Assembly: GCA_021295785.1 (NCBI GenBank) | Contig: JAGWBR010000006.1 | Coordinates: forward strand, 17,229 to 81,228 | DNA from: Gemmatimonadota bacterium | GTDB taxonomy: Bacteria; Gemmatimonadota; Gemmatimonadetes; Palauibacterales; Palauibacteraceae | Direction: 5' to 3' | DNA length: 64,000 bases | The notes under the pieces: model-generated | The model's database searches: none | The model's input: only the letters and a program-made list of their open reading frames with translations | What the model was told of the DNA's origin: nothing | Shown here: positions 17,043-25,269 of the stretch, piece after piece | How positions within the stretch are numbered: the stretch's first letter is position 1 | Layout: every line of letters starts with the position of its first letter | Made by a program: the position numbers and the translations under genes

Positions 17043-18775
17043 GCGCTCGTCACGCGAAGTACCTCTTCCAGGGTAGTGGTTCCCCGCACAGCCTTTTTCA
17101 GGCCGTCGCGGCGAAGAGTCACCATGCCCTCTTCTACTGCACGCTGTTTGATCTGGTGCGCGGGGGCACGGTCCAGCGCCAGCTGCCTGATGGCCCTGGA
17201 CATCGGCATCACTTCATACAGACCGCGCCTCCCGGAGAACCCCGTGAGCCCGCACGCGTCGCACCCGGCGCCCCGCCGGAACCGGGCACCCGACGCCTCG
17301 GCCGGGTCCATTCCCGCTTCGCGCAGGGCCCGCGGCAGGTAGCGGGTTTCCCGCGAACAGTTGCCACACACGCAACGCACGAGACGCTGGGCTGTTACCA
17401 GGTTGATCGCGGCCGCGGCGTTAAACGGCTCCACCCCCATGTCCACTAGACGCGTAACCGTGGAGGCAGCATCGTTGGTGTGCAGGGTCGACAAGACCAG
17501 GTGCCCGGTCAGGGCTGCCTTCACCGCTATGCTGGCGGTTTCCAGGTCCCGTATCTCGCCGACCAGGACGATGTCAGGGTCCTGCCGAAGGAACGACCGC
17601 AGAGCAGCGGCGAAGGTCAGACCAATCGCGGGACGGACCTGTACTTGATTGACACCGGTCATGTTGTATTCGACCGGGTCCTCCGCCGTTTGGATGTTGA
17701 CTCCGTCGGTGTTGAGCCGCGCCAGCACGCTGTACAGGGTCGTGGTCTTGCCCGATCCCGTCGGCCCGGTAACCAGCACCATCCCGTGCGGATCTTCCAG
17801 GGCCGTCATGAATTCGCGTTCGGCCCGGCGCCCCATTCCGAAGGCACCAAGGTCCATTGCGAGCGTGCCCCGGTCGAGAACTCTCAACACGATCTTCTCG
17901 CCAGACAGCGTGGGCAGCGTAGACACACGCATGTCCACCGCCCCGTCGGGCCGCGTCACTTTGATTCGGCCGTCCTGGGGCAGTCTGCGCTCGGCGATGT
18001 TGAGGTTGGCCATGATTTTCAACCTGGATGACAGACTGGCCGCCATTTCCAGTGGCGGAGCCGAGACCTGCTGCAGCGCGCCATCGATCCGGTACCGTAC
18101 GCGCAGCTCCCGCTCGTACGGTTCGATGTGGATGTCCGATGCTCCCCTTGATATCGCGGATTCGAGCATTTCGTCGATGAAACGAACCGCCGGCTCGTCA
18201 CCCAGTTCCACCCAAGCTCCGCGGGGCAGGTCATCGCGGTCGTCCGGGCCGCTCGGGTCGCTCCGCACCTCTGGTTTGCCGACCTCGTCCAGTTCTTCGA
18301 TCAACCGGGTGACCGCGACTTCCGGGGTTGGATACTGCCTCTCGATAAGCTCCAGAAGCGCCATTTCTCCCGCGGCGGCCGGTTCGATCTCCATCCCCGC
18401 AATAAACTCGAGGTCCTCGACCAGGCGGAGGTTATCAGGCTCACCCATCGCCACAACCAATCGGCCGGCCCGGCTCGATACCGGGCAAAGAAAATTCCTG
18501 TGCGCGAAGGTCCCGGGCACCCGGTGCGCCACCGAATCCGGCACCCCGGAAGCAGCCTGCCCGTTCAGTTCCAGCACCTGAACACCCATGACTTCGCCAA
18601 CCACACCGGCGATGGCGGCCTCCGACGCAATGCCCAGCGCCGCCAGGCAGTACCCAAGACGCATCCCGCTCCGTGCCCGTTCGGCCAGTCCCTGTTCGGC
18701 CTGATCGGTCGTGATCGCACCCCGGCTGGTTAGCTCCGCGAGCACGGCGCGCTCCGCCCGTGTCAGCCCGCGCAC
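17039..18775 (-). CDS. pilB: Type IV pilus assembly ATPase PilB (GspE family)
   Basis: 578 aa. N-terminal T2SSE_N-like domain. Walker A VLVTGPTGSGKTTTLYS. Tetracysteine CVCGNC...CDACGLTGFSGRRGLYEVM. Confidence 0.93.
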   Translation of the reverse strand: MRGLTRAERAVLAELTSRGAITTDQAEQGLAERARSGMRLGYCLAALGIASEAAIAGVVGEVMGVQVLELNGQAASGVPDSVAHRVPGTFAHRNFLCPVSSRAGRLVVAMGEPDNLRLVEDLEFIAGMEIEPAAAGEMALLELIERQYPTPEVAVTRLIEELDEVGKPEVRSDPSGPDDRDDLPRGAWVELGDEPAVRFIDEMLESAISRGASDIHIEPYERELRVRYRIDGALQQVSAPPLEMAASLSSRLKIMANLNIAERRLPQDGRIKVTRPDGAVDMRVSTLPTLSGEKIVLRVLDRGTLAMDLGAFGMGRRAEREFMTALEDPHGMVLVTGPTGSGKTTTLYSVLARLNTDGVNIQTAEDPVEYNMTGVNQVQVRPAIGLTFAAALRSFLRQDPDIVLVGEIRDLETASIAVKAALTGHLVLSTLHTNDAASTVTRLVDMGVEPFNAAAAINLVTAQRLVRCVCGNCSRETRYLPRALREAGMDPAEASGARFRRGAGCDACGLTGFSGRRGLYEVMPMSRAIRQLALDRAPAHQIKQRAVEEGMVTLRRDGLKKAVRGTTTLEEVLRVTSA

Positions 18776-19437
18776 AGTTGCCCGGCCATTTTCTCCAGCG
18801 TTTTCGGGCCGATCCCGCTGACGCCCTGAAGGTCTTCGGCACTGCGAAACGGGCCGTGGCGATCGCGGTATTCAATGATCCGGACGGCTATGGCGGGTCC
18901 CACCCCGGGCAGCTCTTCCAGTTGCCCGGCGTCGGCGGAATTGGGATCTACCGTGCCAGGTGGACAGCGGCCCCCCGGCCGGAGTGCGGGCTGCAACCCG
19001 GGGGCGACCGCGGAGGCCCAACCTGCCTCCCCGCCGGGTGCAAAGTCCAACAACGGCTCCAGGGTTTCGGCGCGCGCCGGGCCGATTCCTCGTACCCGCT
19101 GCAGGTCCTGGGCCGAGGAGATGGGTGCACGGTCTCGCTCCGCAACAATAGCCCGGGCCAGACTGGGACCAACGCCGGGCAAACGTCGCAGTTCAACTTC
19201 CGGAGCCGTGTTCACGTCGATTTTTTCGCCCGACGCTATCGGCCGGGAGGCCCGACGCTGCTCGTCGATCGCCCCGGCAACTTCCGTTGCCATTGCTTGC
19301 ACGGGCGACGAATCCCATGTGACCTCGGTTGGCGCGGGAGACAACAGGCCCCTTCCCGCGAGACCTCCCGTTACGAGGACCGCCGCAACCCAGATCGCCT
19401 TTCGTTCCGCCCGGTTCAGATCGATCATTTCACGCAC
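18763..19437 (-). CDS. comEA: ComEA-family DNA receptor with two tandem helix-hairpin-helix modules
   Basis: 224 aa. N-terminal TM helix (AIWVAAVLVTGGLAG). Module 1: IDVNTAPEVELRRLPGVGPSLARAIVAERDRAPISSAQDLQRVRGIGPARAETL. Module 2: VDPNSADAGQLEELPGVGPAIAVRIIEYRDRHGPFRSAEDLQGVSGIGPKTLEKM. Confidence 0.85.
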   Translation of the reverse strand: MREMIDLNRAERKAIWVAAVLVTGGLAGRGLLSPAPTEVTWDSSPVQAMATEVAGAIDEQRRASRPIASGEKIDVNTAPEVELRRLPGVGPSLARAIVAERDRAPISSAQDLQRVRGIGPARAETLEPLLDFAPGGEAGWASAVAPGLQPALRPGGRCPPGTVDPNSADAGQLEELPGVGPAIAVRIIEYRDRHGPFRSAEDLQGVSGIGPKTLEKMAGQLCAG

Positions 19438-19507
19438 CTCCTGTTGAACGGACTCCGCGCCGGCCGCCTGCGCGTGCGGGGCACTGGTTCCTGGAGTAAC
19501 GTGGGAG

Positions 19508-20707
19508 ATGGTCTCAAACGGGCATCAAAATTTCCAGTCCGTATCCCGCCGCCATTTCATCCGGGCGGGAAGCGCGGGCGCGGCCGGGCTCTGGCTGTCA
19601 GCATGCGGCGGCCGCGAGCCACCGCCCCGGGCGAACAGCGCTGTGATCGGCGAGGCCCCGCGCCGCTGGGTCAAGGACCCGACGCCGTTCATCCACCGCA
19701 CAACGAACCTGGAAACCAGGCTTGAAGACATCACGGGGTTCATCACGCCCAACGAGTTGTTTTTTGTGCGCAACCATTCGCCGACGCCCCTGATTGACCC
19801 CGACCGGTACGCGTTGAAGGTGCACGGTCCAGGGTTGTCCACGGAACTGGAGATCGGTCTGGGCACGCTGGAGTCCATGCCCCAGACCACGGTGACCGCC
19901 TACCTGGAATGCGCCGGGAACTGGCGCGGGCTTTTCCGCGAACTGACAGGCGCCAGGGCATCGGGCGGTCAGTGGACGACCGGGGCGGTCGGCTGCGCCG
20001 TGTGGTCTGGCCCGACGCTGGGCTCTGTGTTGGAACTGGCCGGCCTGACCGGCGACGCGGTTGACGTGAACCTGGTCGGACTGGACGGATCGGCCTTCGA
20101 GCGGGCCATGCCTTTGGCCAAGGCCTTCCACCCCGACACCCTGATCGCCCTGCGGATGAACGACCAGCCCCTCCCGCAGGACCACGGCTTCCCGGCCCGC
20201 GCCGTTGTGCCCGGTTGGACCGGCTCGGCAAGTATCAAATGGTTGGGCGAGATCCATGTATCGACCGAGAAGGTCTGGAACCGCAACAACACGACTTCAT
20301 ACGTCCTTATCGGCGACCAATGGCCCGAAGCGGACTACGCCCCGGCCCTGGGAGCACCGATCAACGAGTTGGTTGTGAAGAGTGCCCTGGCCCTGCCCCG
20401 ACCCGCCGCGCTCGGCCCGGGCCCGCACCAGCTCCACGGGTTCGCGCATTCCGGCAGCGGCCCCGTTCGCGAGGTCCAATGGAGTGCCGACGGCGGTACC
20501 ACCTGGCAGGCGGCGACCATCGTCGACCCGGTCGTGGCGACCGCCTGGCAGCGGTTCGAATTTACATGGAACGCGGTGCCGGGCGACCACGTGCTGATGA
20601 CACGGGCAGTGGATTCGGCGGGCATGGCGCAACCAGACCAGCCCCTGATGAATGACAAGGGCTACCTGTTGAACGTCCCGCTGCCGCACCCGGTTACGGT
20701 GGCCTGA
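19508..20707 (+). CDS. Sulfite-oxidase-family molybdopterin oxidoreductase, Tat-exported
   Basis: 399 aa. Twin-arginine signal SRRHFIRAGSAGAAGLWLSA. Mo-domain motifs (FFVRNHSPTP, ...LECAGNWRG...) and a C-terminal dimerisation domain. Confidence 0.85.
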   Translation: MVSNGHQNFQSVSRRHFIRAGSAGAAGLWLSACGGREPPPRANSAVIGEAPRRWVKDPTPFIHRTTNLETRLEDITGFITPNELFFVRNHSPTPLIDPDRYALKVHGPGLSTELEIGLGTLESMPQTTVTAYLECAGNWRGLFRELTGARASGGQWTTGAVGCAVWSGPTLGSVLELAGLTGDAVDVNLVGLDGSAFERAMPLAKAFHPDTLIALRMNDQPLPQDHGFPARAVVPGWTGSASIKWLGEIHVSTEKVWNRNNTTSYVLIGDQWPEADYAPALGAPINELVVKSALALPRPAALGPGPHQLHGFAHSGSGPVREVQWSADGGTTWQAATIVDPVVATAWQRFEFTWNAVPGDHVLMTRAVDSAGMAQPDQPLMNDKGYLLNVPLPHPVTVA

Positions 20708-20732
20708 CACCCTCGGGGCCGCTGCAGGCCCG

Positions 20733-21452
20733 TCAGAAAACGAAGACTATTTCGGCCCAGCCGTCCACGGGAGACCCCAATCGGGTGGCTGGTTGGTAAC
20801 GCCACTCGCGAGCCGCTCTGATGATCTCCCGGTTGAACCGTTCGTCAGGGGTCGGGGGATCGAGTTCAACCAGACCGGCCTCCCCGCTGGCCGCCACGAA
20901 AACCCGCACCGTAATTTCCATCCCGCGCGCCGACTCGGGCGGGTTCCAGCGCGGCGCGACCGACCTGGGAATCGCGGGCACGTAGTCGTTACTTCCGTCC
21001 GCGTCGCCTGCCCCCCGACCTGCGTCGCCCGCACCCCCCGCCCCGAGAGGCAATCCGACCGGCCCTGCCTGAAACGCGGTCTCAAGGTGGGGGAAATCCA
21101 CTTCCCTGGGCGTCAGGTCGGGCGCCGCGACTATCACCGGCCTCGCGGGCCGGGGAATGGGCTGGGGGGCGGGGGACCGGCGCACCGTTACACCCTGCAT
21201 GCCGCCCCGCGCCACCTCGGGAAAGGCCCGGGCGGCGGCAACAGCCCCTCGCTCTCGCGCGGCAGAGCCGGGCTGGAGCCAGAACACCAGGGCGTGGGCG
21301 ACCACCGACGCCAGCAAGCAGCCCGAAAAGAGTGACTGCTGGCTTCGGCGACCTTGGCCCTTCCGCCCCGCCCCGGGCCGTGCCCGGGCCGTGCCCGGAG
21401 TCGCACCGGTTTTCTCTGTCAAATCAGTCTCCTGGCGTTCATACGTCCGCAC
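20733..21452 (-). CDS. TonB-like energy transducer (N-terminal anchor, Pro-rich linker, TonB C-terminal domain)
   Basis: TM helix LFSGCLLASVVAHALVFWL. Pro-rich middle section. C-terminus: ITVRVFVAASGEAGLVELDPPTPDERFNREIIRAAREWRYQPATRLGSPVDGWAEIVFVF. Confidence 0.6.
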   Translation of the reverse strand: MRTYERQETDLTEKTGATPGTARARPGAGRKGQGRRSQQSLFSGCLLASVVAHALVFWLQPGSAARERGAVAAARAFPEVARGGMQGVTVRRSPAPQPIPRPARPVIVAAPDLTPREVDFPHLETAFQAGPVGLPLGAGGAGDAGRGAGDADGSNDYVPAIPRSVAPRWNPPESARGMEITVRVFVAASGEAGLVELDPPTPDERFNREIIRAAREWRYQPATRLGSPVDGWAEIVFVF

Positions 21453-21473
21453 GCCTCAAACCGTATCATTAGG

Positions 21474-21485
21474 GTCTCATGAGAC
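21474..21485. promoter_or_regulatory. Perfect 12-bp palindrome GTCTCATGAGAC in the tonB-like/tdh divergent intergenic region (candidate operator)
   Basis: Read directly from the sequence. It sits in a locally AT-richer stretch (ccgtatcattagggtctcatgagacatgtgcaaacc), 50 nt upstream of the tdh start. Confidence 0.3.
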
Positions 21486-21538
21486 ATGTGCAAACCACCC
21501 CCACCGGGCCCTTCATCTCCGAGCCGGCACCAGTTTGA
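21479..21538 (+). promoter_or_regulatory. Candidate 19-codon leader ORF (MRHVQTTPTGPFISEPAPV) coupled to tdh
   Basis: ATG 21479 lies inside the palindrome. Its TGA (21536-21538) overlaps the tdh TTG start (21535-21537) as TTGA. Too short for the ORF track. Coding status unproven. Confidence 0.25.
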
Positions 21539-22566
21539 GAGCTATCCTCAAGCCGGCCCCCCGCAAGGGTCTTGAGTTTCAGGACATTGAACCCCCCAAA
21601 CCCGGACCCGGCGAGATCCTCATCCGGGTGTTGCGAGGGGGAATCTGCGGCACCGACCTTCATATCTACGACTGGGACAAATGGGCCCGCGGTCGCATTG
21701 CCCCACCGGTCGTGATCGGTCATGAGTTCATGGGCGTGGTTGAGGGCTGGGGTGCCGGTGGCGGCCGGTACTCGGCGGGCCAACGCGTGTCGGCCGAGGG
21801 TCACATTACGTGCGCGGCCTGCGAGCGGTGCCGCACCGGCGAGGCCCATGTTTGCGACAGCACGCGCATTCTGGGGATAGACACCGACGGCGGATTCGCC
21901 GACCTGGTCACGGTTCCGGCCTCCAACGTGGTTGCGCTGCCGGATTCCGTACCCGACGACTACGGGGCACTGCTCGACCCGTTCGGGAATGCCATCCACG
22001 CCGTTGTGCCCGCGCAGGTCGCTGGTCGGTCGGTGGCGGTGGTTGGTTGCGGTCCGATCGGGCTTTTCGCCGTGGCGGTTGCCCGGCTGGCCGGGGCGTC
22101 CAGGGTCATCGCCATCGAACCGGTCGCCCACCGGCGGGAAATGGCTGCCGAGCTCGGAGCCCATCTGGCCCTGCACCCGCGCGCCGACGACGTGCAGGCC
22201 GAGGTCCACCGGCTTACTCGCGGCCACGGGGCCGACGTTGTGTGTGAAATGAGTGGTCACCCCGATGGCATCCGCCTCTCGCTGGACCTGTGCCGCAGCG
22301 CCGGACAACTGCGGCTGCTGGGACTGCCGGAAAACCCCGTCGAAATCGACGTTGCCCGGAGCGTCATCTTCAAGGGAATCAACGTTCAGGGCGTGGTGGG
22401 CCGCCAGATGTACGATACCTGGGACGCCGCGCTGAGGTTCCTTGAAGGGGGGAAGATCGATCTGGGTCCCGTCATCACCGACCGGTTCCCGCTGGAAGAT
22501 TTCGAGTATGGTTTCGGGAAAGCCCGCAACGGGGACGCGGCCAAGGTCCTCCTGGCGCTGGACTGA
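21535..22566 (+). CDS. tdh: L-threonine 3-dehydrogenase
   Basis: Starting from TTG 21535 the protein reads (M)RAILKPAPRKGLEFQDIEPPKPGPGEILIRVLRGGICGTDLHIYDWDKWARGRIAPPVVIGHEFMGVV, collinear with E. coli Tdh. There is no ATG or GTG in frame upstream. The first 126 codons of ORF 21157.. are rejected. Confidence 0.9.
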   Translation: MRAILKPAPRKGLEFQDIEPPKPGPGEILIRVLRGGICGTDLHIYDWDKWARGRIAPPVVIGHEFMGVVEGWGAGGGRYSAGQRVSAEGHITCAACERCRTGEAHVCDSTRILGIDTDGGFADLVTVPASNVVALPDSVPDDYGALLDPFGNAIHAVVPAQVAGRSVAVVGCGPIGLFAVAVARLAGASRVIAIEPVAHRREMAAELGAHLALHPRADDVQAEVHRLTRGHGADVVCEMSGHPDGIRLSLDLCRSAGQLRLLGLPENPVEIDVARSVIFKGINVQGVVGRQMYDTWDAALRFLEGGKIDLGPVITDRFPLEDFEYGFGKARNGDAAKVLLALD

Positions 22567-23243
22567 TGAGGTGGGCCGCACTGACCAGATTCGCCTCCGC
22601 GGCCGCGGCCTGCCTGCCCCTCACAGCCGCCCAATGCGTGAACCCGGAGCCGACCAGCGACGCCGCCCTGGTAACCTTCGCGGCCTTCCCCGACACGGTC
22701 ACGGCGGGCCAGCAGTTTACGATGGAGTTCGCCGGTCCGATCGCCCCCAATACCTGCGGCACACTTGACTCGGCCTACGCAGAGGTCTCCGACTCGACCA
22801 TCGTGCTGGCCGGGGTCCGCAACCTCTTCCGCGCGCGCTGCGCCGATCAGCGGGTCTCGTTCTACGAAGTAAACCTCATCACCATTGATTCCCCGGGAGT
22901 GAGGGAGGTGGTCAACGCGGCGGGACGGAGCTTTGGCACTCTGATGGTGGCGGACTCGGGGTCTCAGACCGACTTCATTGGCCGGGGCGGCGGGACGGTG
23001 CGGGAGGCAGGCCCCTGCCTGGTGTTCGGCCCTGGTTGGGTCGGCACCCAGCGCATTTTCTCGCTACAAAACGCCCCGGACCCGGTGCGAAACGCGTCGG
23101 AAGACCAAATCGTTAACCTCCGCGGCCGATTCCGGGGTTTTGACAGGTGCGGCCAGTGGGGGTCGCGCCCGGTAATCCAGGTCGACACGGCGTGGGTCTC
23201 CGACTCCACCACGGACGACTACTACTCCGGCAACCAGCAGTGA
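22566..23243 (+). CDS. Hypothetical secreted/lipoprotein-like protein inserted between tdh and kbl
   Basis: 225 aa. ATG overlaps the tdh TGA by 1 nt (TGATG). Signal-like N-terminus MRWAALTRFASAAAACLPLTAAQC. Contains several Cys. No family recognised. Confidence 0.6.
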   Translation: MRWAALTRFASAAAACLPLTAAQCVNPEPTSDAALVTFAAFPDTVTAGQQFTMEFAGPIAPNTCGTLDSAYAEVSDSTIVLAGVRNLFRARCADQRVSFYEVNLITIDSPGVREVVNAAGRSFGTLMVADSGSQTDFIGRGGGTVREAGPCLVFGPGWVGTQRIFSLQNAPDPVRNASEDQIVNLRGRFRGFDRCGQWGSRPVIQVDTAWVSDSTTDDYYSGNQQ

Positions 23244-23275
23244 CCCTCTATCAAGAAGAAGGAGTGACGACCCCG

Positions 23276-24466
23276 ATGGTGAATCGTGGACTGCGGGAAC
23301 GGCTCGCGGACGAGCTTGCGACCATGCGGGCGTCGGGCGTGCACAAGGAGCTCCTGCACATCATGGGGCGGCAGGGACCCACGGTGGATATTGACGGACT
23401 GGGCGAGACCGTGAACCTGTGTTCAAACAACTACCTGGGACTCTGCGGAGAGCAGTCGGTGGTGGACGCCGTAAAGGCCGGCGCGGACCGCTACGGTGCC
23501 GGCACGTCTTCGGTCCGCTTCATTTGCGGAACCTTTCAGATCCACCGCGAGCTGGAAATCCGGATCGCCGATTTTCTGGAGACCGAGGCGTCGATGACCT
23601 ACACGTCGGCCTGGGCCGCGAACGAGGGGCTCTTCGCTCCCCTTCTTTCGCCCGACGATGTGCTGATCTCCGACAGGTTGAACCACGCCAGCATTATCGA
23701 CGGAGCCCGGCTTTGCAAGGCTCGGCGGATGGTCTACGCGCACATGGACATGGACTCGCTGCGCGAAACGCTGGAGGCGTCGCGGGATGCCAGACACCGC
23801 ATGGTAGTGACCGACGGGGTGTTCTCGATGGAGGGCGAAATCGCTCCGCTTCCCGATATTCGCGAGCTCTGCGACCGCTACGACGCCATCCTGGTGGTTG
23901 ACGACAGCCACGCCAGCGGCGTGCTGGGCCCGACCGGCCGCGGCACACCCGAGCACTTCGGCATGCACGGCGAGATCGACATTATCACTTCCACCCTGGG
24001 GAAGGCCCTGGGCGGCATGGCGGGAGGTTTCACCGCCAGCTCGTCGGCGGTGATCGACTACCTGACCCAGGCTTCGCGCACGCAGCTCTTCACCAACAGC
24101 ATGGCTCCCTCCGCGGCGTGCGGGGCGCTGGCGGCCATCGATCACCTTGAAAACCACCCCGGGCTCACCGACCGGCTTCGCGAGAATACCGCTCAGTTCC
24201 GCAGCGGGCTGGAGGAACTTGGGTACAAACCGATTCCCGGCGAAACGCCTATCGTGCCGGTCATTGTCGGGGCAACCGCCGACGCCATGAAGCTGAGCGC
24301 GGAGTTGCTGAAGGAAGGCGTGTTCGTGATAGGGTTTGGGTTCCCCGTCGTGCCCCGCGGCGAGGCCCGCATCCGGTGTCAGGTCTCGGCCGCCCACGAG
24401 CCGGAGCACCTGGACCAGGCCCTCGAAGCGCTGCGCGGCGTCGGGGCCAAGCTGGGGATCGTTTGA
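23276..24466 (+). CDS. kbl: 2-amino-3-ketobutyrate CoA ligase (glycine C-acetyltransferase)
   Basis: ATG 23276 with GAAGGAG at 23258-23264. MVNRGLRERL...NLCSNNYLGL...YGAGTSSVRFICGT...VDDSHASG...STLGKALGG (PLP Lys). Confidence 0.93.
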   Translation: MVNRGLRERLADELATMRASGVHKELLHIMGRQGPTVDIDGLGETVNLCSNNYLGLCGEQSVVDAVKAGADRYGAGTSSVRFICGTFQIHRELEIRIADFLETEASMTYTSAWAANEGLFAPLLSPDDVLISDRLNHASIIDGARLCKARRMVYAHMDMDSLRETLEASRDARHRMVVTDGVFSMEGEIAPLPDIRELCDRYDAILVVDDSHASGVLGPTGRGTPEHFGMHGEIDIITSTLGKALGGMAGGFTASSSAVIDYLTQASRTQLFTNSMAPSAACGALAAIDHLENHPGLTDRLRENTAQFRSGLEELGYKPIPGETPIVPVIVGATADAMKLSAELLKEGVFVIGFGFPVVPRGEARIRCQVSAAHEPEHLDQALEALRGVGAKLGIV

Positions 24467-24469
24467 CCG

Positions 24470-25216
24470 GTGGGCGACCCGGGTGGTTACTTCGCGGGTC
24501 GTGGAGACCGGGCGGACCGACGGCCTGTCCCGCCCCTGCCCGCCGTGGTTCCGTCCTTGCTGGCTGCCGACTTCGTACGCCTCGGGGAGGAGGTGGCCGC
24601 GGCGGAGGAGGCCGGTGCCCGGTGGTTCCAGTTGGATGTCATGGACGGTCATTTTGTTCCCAACCTGAGCTTTGGCGTGCCGGTGCTTGAGTCGCTCCGC
24701 CCGGCGACCGATTCGTTCCTGGATGCGCACCTGATGATCACCGCACCGCACACCCTGCTCGAGGCGTTCGCGGGGGCGGGGGCGGACCTGATCACCATCC
24801 ACGCCGAGGCCAGCGAGGATCCGCGCCGGGACCTGGAGACCATTCGCGGCCTGGGATGCCAATGCGGTTTTGCTGTCAGCCCCCCCACGCCGGCCTCGGC
24901 GGCTGTCGACGCACTGGAGATCGCCGACCTGGTACTCGTGATGACGGTGAACCCAGGGTTTGGGGGTCAGCGGTTCATGCCCAAAACCCTGGCCAAGATC
25001 GGGGAGCTGAGGGAAGCGGCGAGCCGCCGGGGGGTTTCACCGCCCGTGTTTCAGGTTGACGGGGGGATCGACTCGGACACGGCGGCGGTGGCCGCCCGGG
25101 CGGGGGCGCAGTCCTACGTGGCCGGGTCGTCGGTGTTTAGGGGTGCCGGCGGGGCCGGGCCGAGTTTCCGCCGGCTGCAGAGCACGGTTGAGGAGGCGCG
25201 CCACTGGGAAGGGTAG
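24470..25216 (+). CDS. rpe: Ribulose-phosphate 3-epimerase
   Basis: VVPSLLAADFVRLGEEVAAAEEAGARWFQLDVMDGHFVPNLSFG...MTVNPGFGGQRF...VDGGI. The start is GTG 24470, or possibly GTG 24545 (giving MVPSLLAADF). Confidence 0.9.
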   Translation: MGDPGGYFAGRGDRADRRPVPPLPAVVPSLLAADFVRLGEEVAAAEEAGARWFQLDVMDGHFVPNLSFGVPVLESLRPATDSFLDAHLMITAPHTLLEAFAGAGADLITIHAEASEDPRRDLETIRGLGCQCGFAVSPPTPASAAVDALEIADLVLVMTVNPGFGGQRFMPKTLAKIGELREAASRRGVSPPVFQVDGGIDSDTAAVAARAGAQSYVAGSSVFRGAGGAGPSFRRLQSTVEEARHWEG

Positions 25217-25269
25217 TCACCACCGGGCTTTCGGCCCGGGAACTGGCCAGGTACGACAGGCACATCGCC

